Of a DNA stretch of 64,000 nt, positions 50,501-60,960 are shown piece after piece. The notes under the pieces were generated by a model, which did not search any database, was not told the origin of the DNA, and worked only from the letters and a program-made list of their open reading frames with translations. Source of the stretch: Macrostomum lignano (lineage: Eukaryota); contig NIVC01000645.1 in NCBI GenBank assembly GCA_002269645.1, positions 231,719 through 295,718 on the forward strand, in the 5' to 3' direction. The translations under genes were made by a program, and so were the position numbers. The first letter of the stretch is position 1; each line of letters starts with the position of its first letter.

Positions 50501-52031
50501 GACAAATGAGCCCGCTTTTCTGAACATGTTCAACTTCTCCATTGTGGAGGTGCGTTTGCCTTTGCTGCAATTTTATTAGTCTATTAAAATTAGTCTAGTC
50601 AATTTTATTAGCCAGCCATTCGCCAACCACCCCACTCCGCCAACCACCCCACTCTGCCAACCACCCCACTCCGCTAACCACCCCACTTCGCCAACCACCC
50701 CACTCCGCTAACCACCCCACTTCGCCAACGCCTCACTCCCCCAACCACCCCTCTCTGCCAACCACCACCTCCGCCAACCACGCCACTCCGCCAACCACCT
50801 GTCCACCTCACTCCGTTGTTAAACTTTTGCACAAAACAGAACGGCATATTCTCGGCCACGCCGCACCTGCTGAAAGTTCTCTGCTGTATTCTGGGCGGGA
50901 TAGTGGCCGACATTGTACTGCTAAAGTCGCCTTGCTCGCTCACGAATGTCAGAAAGATGTTCACCTGTTTCGGTAAGTCAGGAAATTCGATTGACAAAGG
51001 CTAACTTTTCTTTTTCTGTCAAATCGTCACTGCTACCGATCCTGCAGGCTTCGGCATCGAGGCGATGTGCTGCTACGCGCTGTCCCGAGTGCAGCAGGGC
51101 TACGTCGCCATTGTGTTCCTCAACCTGGGCGTTGGCTGCTCCGGTCTCACCGTGGCCGGCTGGCAGGTAAATCACCTGGACTTGGCGCCCCAGTTTGCGT
51201 CCGTTTTGGCCGGCATTTCGGCCAGCTTTGGCACCATTGGCGGCATTCTGTCGCCCATTGTTGTGGGCATCATTACGCATCCGCAGGTGAGTTGGCAACC
51301 TGGATGTTACTGTTATTAACTTGAAAGTCAAGGCCGCTGTTCGCCCTGTGTGAGCAAGTGAATGCTTGCGTATCCATGTGCATTTAAGTCTGCGTGCTCA
51401 GGGCCATGACTGCTGGCCTCTCAAAAGCGCTCCTGCAAACTAAACTGTCACTCACTCTTCGGACATTCACTAACATTCGCTCATGAATAAATGTTAAGTT
51501 CATTGCGAAAATCACCATTTTAGACACTTTGGAACTGGCAAAAGTCGTTCATTCTCACTGGAACCGTGCTGGCCGCTGGAGTCATATTTTATTTCTTTCT
51601 GGGGTCTGGTAAGTACATTCTAGATGGCTGTTTGACCTAGTCAATGTACTTTAATAGATCGATTCGATCTATAGCAAGTGTACAGCCATCCATCTGTTCT
51701 TAACCCAAGCCCAGCCAATCACAGATTAGAGCTTTCTCACCCGCTGACTAGCAAGTGTACAATAGAGTCATACTCCTAGCCTCCTAGCCCACTACTGACT
51801 AGCAAGTGTACATCACCAGAGTGTACATTAGCCCGCCCCACCCACCCCCCGATCAAAGGCGAGCTTCAACCGTGGGCTGCTGCTAAAGTCGAGTCGGGCG
51901 AGGAGAAATCAAAGCCGCCAGACGTCAAAGAGGGCGATGAGTCGCAGCAGCTCAAGGGGGGACCGGCGGTGACAAATTACAGCAGCGTGGACCCGTCGCC
52001 GCCAGCCCAGCAGCAGGAGAGTGAGACTTGA
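47493..52031 (+). CDS. SLC17-family MFS transporter, vesicular glutamate transporter-like (519 aa)
   Basis: Exons 47493-47857, 48938-49055, 49910-49997, 50191-50549, 50840-50972, 51048-51286, 51524-51608 and 51859-52031 total 1560 nt in frame. Motifs: MRVNIAIT, TQVPGGYLA, RVVQGLLEG, VPWKAIFTSLPVWA, FVRSW, NHLDLAPQFASVLAGIS, GSGELQPWA. Confidence 0.92.
47990..48500. repeat. (CTCCCT)n / pyrimidine-rich low-complexity tract, SLC17 intron 1
   Basis: Direct inspection. Confidence 0.92.
49068..49865. repeat. 12-bp (gtcagcgaatgt) array followed by 48-bp higher-order array, SLC17 intron 2
   Basis: The 48-bp unit contains the 12-bp motif gtgtcag..aat. Confidence 0.95.
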
Positions 52032-54719
52032 GAATTGATACGAGTAACAATCAATCAAAAACAGTCTCACAGGGTCATATAATCTGCGTATATTTTGTAC
52101 TTGCATAAACCGGTACGAGTATTCGACGATGATGATGAAAGTTCCTTGTCAACATCAATAGAGCTGGACAGCATTAAATATTTTATTTTTCAAGATATTC
52201 TTTACACTGCATGCTGGTGAAATGGGAATCAGGGTTGCACCTTATTTGACCCGTTAGAAAACTTCATCTAATCGTCATTCGGATGTCAAATTATTTTTTT
52301 CTTCGTCTATTTCTGCCGCTGGCATATCCATGCAACTTAAAAGTACAAAACTTAAAAATTATTTAACTCTAGGTATTTTTCATTTGGAGATTAGTGCTTG
52401 TGCACTAATCTGTAGTTTTGCGTCGTGAGCTTTTGTGATAACATTGCTGCAGATTCGATATTTCTATTGCCTCTTTATTTGCCACTGTCCGATTGTTGCC
52501 AGTTAATTACCAATACATACTACTTACTGGCTTGACAAGACTGCTGCAGGCCTGGAGTCCTTTAATTGAAAATTTAATGTCTATGGCAGTCCTCCGGACC
52601 TCCTCTCCCTCAGGACCGTCGCAAACTCCCGTCAGTCCCCTACTAGCACCGTTGCAACCCTCCCTCAGTCCCTCAGGACCGTCACTACCCTCCCTCACTC
52701 TCTCAGGACTGTCGCTACCCTCCCTCACTCTCTCAGGACCGTCGCTACCCTCCCTCACTCTCTCAGGACCGTCGCTACCCTCCCTCACTCTCTCAAGACT
52801 GTCGCTACCCTCCCTCAGTCTCTCAAGACTGTCGCTAACCTCCCGTCAGTCCCTGAGTACCGTCGCTACCCTCCTATCCCCTCTCTCAGTGCTGTCGCTC
52901 GCCTCTCAAGCGACAACTCCATACTAATAGTTGACAAAAACTCCACCCAGCTCTTAAGCACTGGGGTCTTGGCGGGCGCTTTCTCCCAATCGATTTTCTG
53001 TCCCAAACGCAGCTACTCTGCCCCCTCTACTTCATCACCTGGCGGACCGAGAGACAATGGAATGCGGCGACTATGCGAGAGGAATTTCTCAACTTCCTTT
53101 CAGAAATGAAGAGTTTCGGGAAATTATTTTTAGCAAAAATCTTTAAAGTCCTGCCCTACCAGAGTTAAAAAAGGAACTTTTTTCTCCCCTACCATCGGTC
53201 AGGCTGAGTTGTCAACGGCAACAGGGAATTTTTCTTGGCGACTGAAAAGCTGGGAGTTAAAGGTCTAGGACTGGACTCCGCTCTCAGCTTCCCAGATCCC
53301 AGATTTCTCAGCACGAGGCTATAATGCAGACTCAACGGGACCTCTTCCAGCAACTGTTGCCATCTTTGAGCATACAAGGTGCTCAGCTAACTCAAGCGAG
53401 TCTGCAGCTGAGCAGGAGCTCAGTGTCAACGGAATTGCGCGCAGAAGTCGAGAAGCAACAACTATTGCGGGCAGCATTGGTGGTTGCCACAGTGACGGAG
53501 GAGGGTAACGCTATTAATATCTTTAGATTTTAGAGTCATAAATTGCATGAAAATCGGGATTGAGCCGTTTTTTTCTGAAATCAATCTCATATGCACGGGC
53601 AACTCATTTTCGGTATATAGGATTGTTGGGGAGGCAACAAAAAAGGAAATATATATTTTTCTGAATAAACGACTTTTATGAACGACTATAGCTCTGAAAG
53701 CCAGCCATCTTGCCTAGGATATCAGCACCCCTGTGAGCTTTGGCTCAAAGCATCTCTGAGTAGCTCATGAGGCACAGCATTTTAGCAAGTCCCCCCATGA
53801 GCCTTGAAATCTCAGCAATTCCCCATGAGCACTGAGCCACAGCATTTCAGCGACCCCCCTCATGAACCTTGACATTTCCCTCATAAGTCTTATGGTTAAA
53901 CCGTGACCCAAATCCTAACCCGGCTGAGAGTCACAGCATTTCAGTAATTCCCCCATGAGCCTTGAGTCTTGACGTCCTAGCAATTCTTCTGTGAGACTTT
54001 TATGGCTGACAGGGCTAGCCATATCCATATGCGATCTCTTAACACGATTTTTCTAGACAGCCATCAAAAGATAATTCAAGTAAAAACTCCATAAACTTGT
54101 GTTGAGGGTTAGGATCTACAATAATAATAATTAGTTTATTATTATATTATGTAAGCTCTTATATTCCTATAATGCAAACCAGAAAGGATAGGATTATCAC
54201 TTATTACGAGTATAGCATAGTGCGAGTACGAGTATCAGTAATACGAAGCTAGATTAATCTGGGGGGGAATAGATCAAGTGTACACTTGCACAAATGTACA
54301 CTGGCGCCACGGGGGCAGGGGTAGGACCAAAGAGGCGCGAATAAGGAAAGACAAGGAAAACAATGTACATTTAACTGTACAGCCAAGGCTATTTCTTTGC
54401 TTACTCACTCAACGTTTCTGTCCGCGCGCCGCCGCGTGACTCAACCCCCCCTCACCCCCAAAAAGCCATTTCAACTATAGCAGCCTCCACCCCTCCACAC
54501 TAGGCCCTTGCTTATCTATTTCACACTTCCTGACTCGCAGGTCACGATTTGTTAAACAGTCTCAACTAGTTCAACTTTATTTATCACAAAACAACCACGA
54601 TACACTTAAACGTTCAAAAGCGAGACTGTGAACGAAACTACAGACAGACCTACGAGGCACGTTTCTAAATACTGGTTTAAATTAACCGAAGGCGGCAGCC
54701 GGAACCAGAGCCATCCACA

Positions 54720-57700
54720 ATGCGTCTTACTCGTCGAAAAGTACTATTATCGCTTCTACTTCTAATCGGAGCTGCGCTGTTGTTTTTCTATTACGCATTT
54801 GCGCACAGCGGCTTAACAACGGAGCCGCGCCTGTCGGCCAGGGATTTTCACAACTATCATGGCGAAGACCGCCAGCAGCATGGTGGACGGGGCCAACAGG
54901 AGGACGAGAGCTTCGAGTCAATTCGTCAGCAGCTGGACTTGCTGGAGCACGACAGCGGATTGAAGCAGCTGGCTGGCTTAGCCGCAGGACTGGCCACCGC
55001 CCCGGTGCCGACTCGCCGCCAGCCGCAGGTGGTGCACCGATTCGCTGACGGGGCAACCATCAGAGTGGCCGGCGAGTCCGCTGCGGCTGCATCGCTGAAG
55101 CTCGACTCCAACTCCAAGCTGGAAGACGCGGAGGAGGTCTGGGCTACCGCGCTAGGAGGCGGCCCTTCCAGCCTGCTGACCGCCAGCTGCCACCCCTACA
55201 GGCGCTTCGGGCCGAAGGGCGACGGCGGCTGGTCCGTCTGTCTGGCCGGACCGTTCCGGCCGAGTCCCGGCCACTGCCTGTCCGTGTCGTTCGGCGTTGA
55301 CAAGGTGTGGAGCTACGATGACCAGGTGAGCGGGAGTGTCGATATGGATTTGTTGGACGATTTTTAAGCCCTCTTAGTGTCGTTTGAGGGTTGAGGCTCT
55401 CAAAATCGTTCGACGCCTCTCAAACTCATTCGGAACCTCTCAAAATAATTAGGCGCCTCTCAAAATCATTCGGAACCTCTCAAACTCACTCGGAGCAGCC
55501 TCTCAAACTCATTCGGCGCCTCTCAAAATCATTTGAAACCTCTCAAAATCATTTGAAACCTCTCAAAATCATTTGAAACCTCTCAAAATCATTTGAAACC
55601 TCTCAAAATCATTCTGATCCTCTCAAAATCATTAGGCGCCTTTTGAAATCATTTATTTAGCACATTCGGCACCTCTGAAAAGAACTTTAGCACTTCTCAA
55701 AAACAGTTTCTTGAAAATGATTTTGACCCCTCTGAAAATGATTTCAACCCCTCTGAAAATGATTTCCCTCGCAGGTCGCCCAGCAGCTGCAGTGCCGCAG
55801 CCTGGCCTTCGACCCCAGCCTCACCCACCTGGGCAATCACACTCGAACTCTCAGCGGAGTGAAGTTCTACCGCATCGGTCTCTACTCCAAGCCCGGGCTC
55901 CTGCCCGGCACCAACTGGACTGTGGACACCCTCGAGCACCTGCTGGACACCCTAGCCGGCGGTCCAGACACCGTCGTGGACATCCTGAAGCTGGACATCG
56001 AAGGCGCGGAGTGGCCGGCGCTGACGGCCGCGCTGGACTCGAACTGCCTGCAGCGGCGGGTCCGCCAGCTGCTGGTGGAGCTGCACAGCAGGGAGTCCCG
56101 GCCGCGCCCCAACGAGGACAGCGAGGTGTACGACTACGCTGCCTACCTGAATGTGCTGGGCCGCCTGCGGCACTCCGGCTTCCAGCTGTGGCGAGTGGAG
56201 CCAAACTCAGCGGACGGCAGCTGGTTCTACAGCCGCGCTGGGCTGCGAAAGCGGCGCCTCTGCTGCTACAATGCCTACTTCATCAACACCAGATTCCTGC
56301 CCAGTGTCAACAGCAGCCAGGCTCTGATGGAGGACCAGCTGATGAGGGATTTGCACTCGGTGAGGCTGCGGCTGCCTCTGAAGCTGCTGCCGGATGCCAG
56401 ACAGCTGGCCGCCGCCGCAGCCAAGTCGCCAGCGATCGCCGCCGAGCTGCTGTACTTCGACAGCTTGATGCCGGCGGTGCACGCCGACTGTCCCGACTGG
56501 AGGCGGCTGGGCCCGGCCACCGGGGACGGCGGCTACGACGTCTGCCTGACCCCGCCGTTCGGGCTCAGCAGGGACAGCTGCCTTGTGCTGTCCTTTGGCA
56601 TCGGAGACCAGTTTGGCTTCGAAGATGCGCTGGCAGGTTGGTGGCGTCCTGATGGGCCTGACTCCTACTCACCCATCCCTGACCCTGTCATCCCATCCCT
56701 GTCTTCCCATCCCTGTCTTCCCATCCCTGTCTTCCCATCCCTGTCTTCCCATCCCTGTCTTCCCATCCCTGTCTTCCCATCCCTGTCTTCCCATCCCTGT
56801 CTTCCCATCCCTGTCTTCCCATCCCTGTCTTCCCATCCTTGTTTTCCCATCCCTGTCTTCCCATCCCTGTCTTTCCATCCCTGTCTTCCCATCCCTGTTT
56901 TCCCATCCCTGTCTTCCCATCCCTGTCTTCCCATCCCTGTTTTCCCGTCCCCGCCTTCCCATCCTGTCTTCCCATTCCGCATCTTCCCATCCGTGTCTTC
57001 CCATCCCCGCCTTCACATTCCTGTCTTCCCATCCCTGTCTTCCCATCCCCGTCTTCCCATCCCCGTCTTCCCATCCCTGTCTTCCCATCCCTGTCTTCCC
57101 ATTCCTGTCTTCCCACCCCTATCTTCCCATTCCCCATCTTCCCATTCCCCATCTTCTCATTCCCGCCTTCACATTCCTGTCTTCCATTCCTCCTGTATAT
57201 CTTCCTGATGGGAAGGCAGTCAGGGATGGGATGGGAAGGCAGATCAGAGATGGGAAGGCAGATCAGAGATGGGAAGGCACATCAGAGATGGGAAGGCAGA
57301 TTAGAGATGGGAAGGCACATCAGAGATGGGAAGGCAGATTAGAGATGGGAAGGCAGATCAGAGATGGGAAGGCAGATCAGAGATGGGAAGGCACATCAGA
57401 GATGGGAAGTCACATCAGAGATGGGAAGGCACATCAGAGATGGGAAGGCACATCAGAGATGGGAAGGCAGATCAGAGATGGGAAGGCACATCAGAGATGG
57501 GAAGGCACATCAGAGATGGGAAGGCAGATCAGAGATGGGAAGGCAGATCAGGGATGGGAAGGTAGGTCAGGGATGGGAAGGCAGATCAGGGATGGGAAGG
57601 CAGATCAGAGATGGGAAGGCAGATCAGAGATGGGAAGGCAGATCAGAGATGGGAATGCAGATCAGATTGTCTCGAACCCGCAGGCCGCGAGTTCGGCTGC

Positions 57701-58176
57701 CGAGTCCGCATGTTCGACCCGTCGCTCACGCAGCTGGGCGAGCACAAGCGCGGCCCGAGGCAGTGGCTGCACCTGGTGGGCCTCGGCGGCGAGGACTCCG
57801 TGCGCAAGGACACGGGCTGGGCGGTGAACAGCCTGCAGACCATTCTCAGCCGCTACGGTCACTCTGGCGACATTGTCGACTTGCTGAAGATCGACATCGA
57901 ATTCGATGAATGGGAGGCCTTGGAGGCGGCTGCGAAGGACGGCTCGCTGAGCCGGGTCAGGCAGCTGATTCTGGAGACTCACACGATGGAGCTGCGAGAC
58001 GAGAGCACGGGGGGCAGCGACTACCTGAGATTTGCTCGGTGTGGCTCGGTCTCTACAGGCTGGGATTTCGGCAGTGGCGCAGCAGGGAGAACGGCAGGAC
58101 TCACTTTCTAGGGCCCAGCGGCCGGAGCAGGGCCTGTTGCCATGAGCACTCGCTCATTAACATCAACTTTATGTAG
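54720..58176 (+). CDS. Type-II membrane-anchored methyltransferase with two tandem METTL24/FkbM-like (Methyltransf_22) domains; 1-nt frameshift near the C-terminus in this sequence
   Basis: Exons 54720-55325, 55775-56636 and 57684-58176. N-terminal TM: KVLLSLLLLIGAALLFFYYAFA. Domain 1: GDGGWSVC..SFGV..FDPS..LKLDIEGAEW..QLLVELH..CCYNAYFIN. Domain 2: GDGGYDVC..SFGI..FDPS..LKIDIEFDEW..QLILETH..CCHEHSLIN. The exon sum of 1961 nt is one short of a multiple of 3; the frame changes at about 58038. Confidence 0.85.
55395..55770. repeat. ~20-bp repeat (ctctcaaaatcatttgaaac) plus complementary gaaaatgattt units, methyltransferase intron 1
   Basis: Direct inspection. Confidence 0.88.
56685..57665. repeat. 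14-bp array (ccatccctgtcttc, 56685-57185) followed by partly complementary 19-bp array (gatgggaaggcagatcaga, 57205-57665), methyltransferase intron 2
   Basis: Direct inspection; cttcccatc is the reverse complement of gatgggaag. Confidence 0.95.
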
Positions 58177-58289
58177 ACACCAGTTTGAGCATTTGCATAT
58201 GACTGGCATTTCTGAGCCTTCATTTTGAGGAGTTATGAGGACCTTTGAATTTGAGATAAACGTTGAGTGAGGGTTTGGAATACAGATAC

Positions 58290-58930
58290 TGGGGATTTGG
58301 GATTAAAAATGGGGATTTGGGATTAATAATGGGGATTTGGGATTAATAATGGGGATTTGGGATTAATAATGGGGATTTGGGATTAATAATGGGGATTTGG
58401 GATTAATAATGCGGATTTGGAATTAATAATATGGATTTGAGATTAATAATGGGGATTTGGGATTAATAATGGGGATTTGGGATTAATAATGGGGATTTGG
58501 GATTAATAATGGGGATTTGAGATTAATAATGGGGATTTGGGATTAATAATGGGGATTTGGGATTAATAATGGGGATTTGGGATTAATAATATGGATTTGA
58601 GATTAATAATGATTTGGGATTAATAATGCGGATTTGAGATTAATAATGATTTGGGATTAATAATATGGATTTAAGATTAATAATGATTTGGGATTAATAA
58701 TGCGGATTTGAGATTAATAATGGGCATTTGGGATTAATAATGAGGATTTGGGATAAATAATGGGAATTTGAGAATAATAATGCGGATTTGAGATTAATAA
58801 TGGGGATTTGGGATTAATTTTGGGGGATTTTGGATTAATAATGAGGGTTTGGGATACAGAATGGGGATTTGAGTTAATAATGAGAAATTGAGAATAATAA
58901 TGGGGATTTGGGATTAATAATGCGGATTTG
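58290..58930. repeat. 20-bp minisatellite (gggattaataatggggattt)
   Basis: Tandem array. Confidence 0.93.
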
Positions 58931-59679
58931 AGATTAACAAGGGGGTTGAAATATTTATCTGTAGACTAACCTTTAAGTAATGTATATTCTGCTTCCATTA
59001 TCAGTAAAAATTTTTATTAGTTTAATATGATTACCCTGTATTCCCAGTGATGAATAAAAGATGATTTTTCACTAACAATTTACACAATTGCACTTCCTTT
59101 TGCACCGATTTTGAAATAGCCTCTATTGACAATTGTTAATTATTTATACGCTGTTATTGTGAGTTTTTTAGCTTTTTAGTTTAATTTTTACTTGTTTTAT
59201 CTTTAGCTCGCTACTAATTCAGTAGCGCACTGCGGATGTTTTCACTCTAGCAGGTTGTTGTAGGGTGAAAACGCCGAACAAGCGGCAAGTCAAAACTGCT
59301 GGAAATCCAGGACTGGAATTCCTGTTGCTGTCGCGGCCTCTGGGAGACAGCCAATCCAGTTCTGGGTTCCAGTTATCTTATCAGTTAGTGAGGCTTGATA
59401 CCCCTGCTAGGCCGTTTTCTCTCTCCCTCTCTCTCCATTCACGCAAAAAACAAATGGTTTTCTAGCCTGCGTGCAAAGTCTGCAGCGCAGTTCTTAGCTG
59501 CCCGCGTGTGGCTGGCTGTTCTGGCGCGAAAATAATCGCATTTGAAAGTTCAAATACTGCGTTTTGCTGTGTGGCAGAATGCTGAATTTGCAAGCCTGTG
59601 TTGTCTGTGCGAGAACATTAAATCTGAGTAGAATTTTAATGATTCTGTATGGAAACTGACTGACAGCAAGGATTGCAGA

Positions 59680-60310
59680 GTGACTGACAGAGTGAGGTCT
59701 GCAGAGTGACTGATAGAGTGAAGTTTGCAGAGTGACTGGCAGAGTGAGGTCTGCAGAGTGACTGGCAGAGTGAGGTCTGCAGAGTGACTGGCAGAGTGAG
59801 GTCTGCAGAGTGACTGGCAGAGTGAGGTCTGCAGAGTGACTGACAGGGTGAGGTCTGCAGAGTGACTGATAGAGTGAGGTCTGCAGAGTGACTGGCAGAG
59901 TGAGGTCTGCAGAGTGACTGGCAGAGTGAGGTCTGCAGAGTGACTGGCAGAGTGAGGTCTGCAGAGTGACTGGCAGAGTGAGGTCTGCAGAGTGACTGGC
60001 AGAGTGAGGTCTGCAGAGTGACAGATAGAGTGAGGTCTGCAGAGTGACAGATAGAGTGAGGTCTGCAGAGTGAGTGGCAGAGTGAGGTCTGCAGAGTGAC
60101 AGAGTGAGGTCTGCAGAGTGACTGGCAGAGTGAGGTCTGCAGAGTGACAGAGTGAGGTCTGCAGAGTGACTGACACAGTGAGGTCTGCAGAGTGACTGAC
60201 ACAGTGAGGTCTGCAGAGTGACAGATAGAGTGAGGTCTGCAGAGTGACTGACACAGTGAGGTCTGCAGAGTGACTGACACAGTGAGGTCTGCAGAGTGAC
60301 TGACACAGTG
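59680..60310. repeat. 26-bp minisatellite (agagtgaggtctgcagagtgactggc)
   Basis: Tandem array. Confidence 0.95.
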
Positions 60311-60960
60311 AGGTCTGCAGTGACTGACAGCAACCGCAGGAAATGAGTCTGTGTAGCCAACTAGCAGTCCCTGACTCTACCCCTTCATCCGCAGCACAGT
60401 CGGTGCGAACTACATTGTAGAAGCAATCAAACTGAAAGCAGGCACGCAGACTTAGGAGAAGCTGAGCTGCTTGCTGCTGTATTACGTAATCAACATTTGA
60501 GTTTGTCTGTCACAGCCAGCTCTCTTGAAACTCGCTAGAGCCGTAGAATTTCAGTTCTGAGTTAGGGGGGGGGCTTAAAAATCGATAACTTGGGGAACGC
60601 CGAACTGCTGCATGCAGAGGGAGCAAATATTATGCAATCTCATGGATTCCCAGTTCTCTCCATCTCTGCAACACTGGGGGTGATTTTCAAAATTGCTGTA
60701 TTCAAACCCCCGAAGTTTCTTCATACCAAAATTCGCCTGCAAATCGCATTTAAAATAAATAAGCGAAAAACAGTTGCGCTAATTTTGTCCTTTGATCTGC
60801 CGGCCGCGCGGTGCCTGCAATTCAATTTCGATGCGCTGAAAGATACTTGATTGATAGATAGGGATCTTCATATAGGATACTCTGAGCTGGAGCGGTCTGG
60901 ATTAGTTCGTTTGTGGCTTTGCTGTGCTGTGCATTTTCGAGGCTAATTGCTTTTTTGCGA

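Noticed and set aside
53230-53533. Possible retroelement or gene relic (69-aa ORF)
   Set aside because: No recognisable RT/gag motif; short and interrupted by stops.
56583-57827. 414-aa and Gly/Arg-rich ORFs in the methyltransferase intron
   Set aside because: Repeat translations inside a well-supported GT-AG intron.
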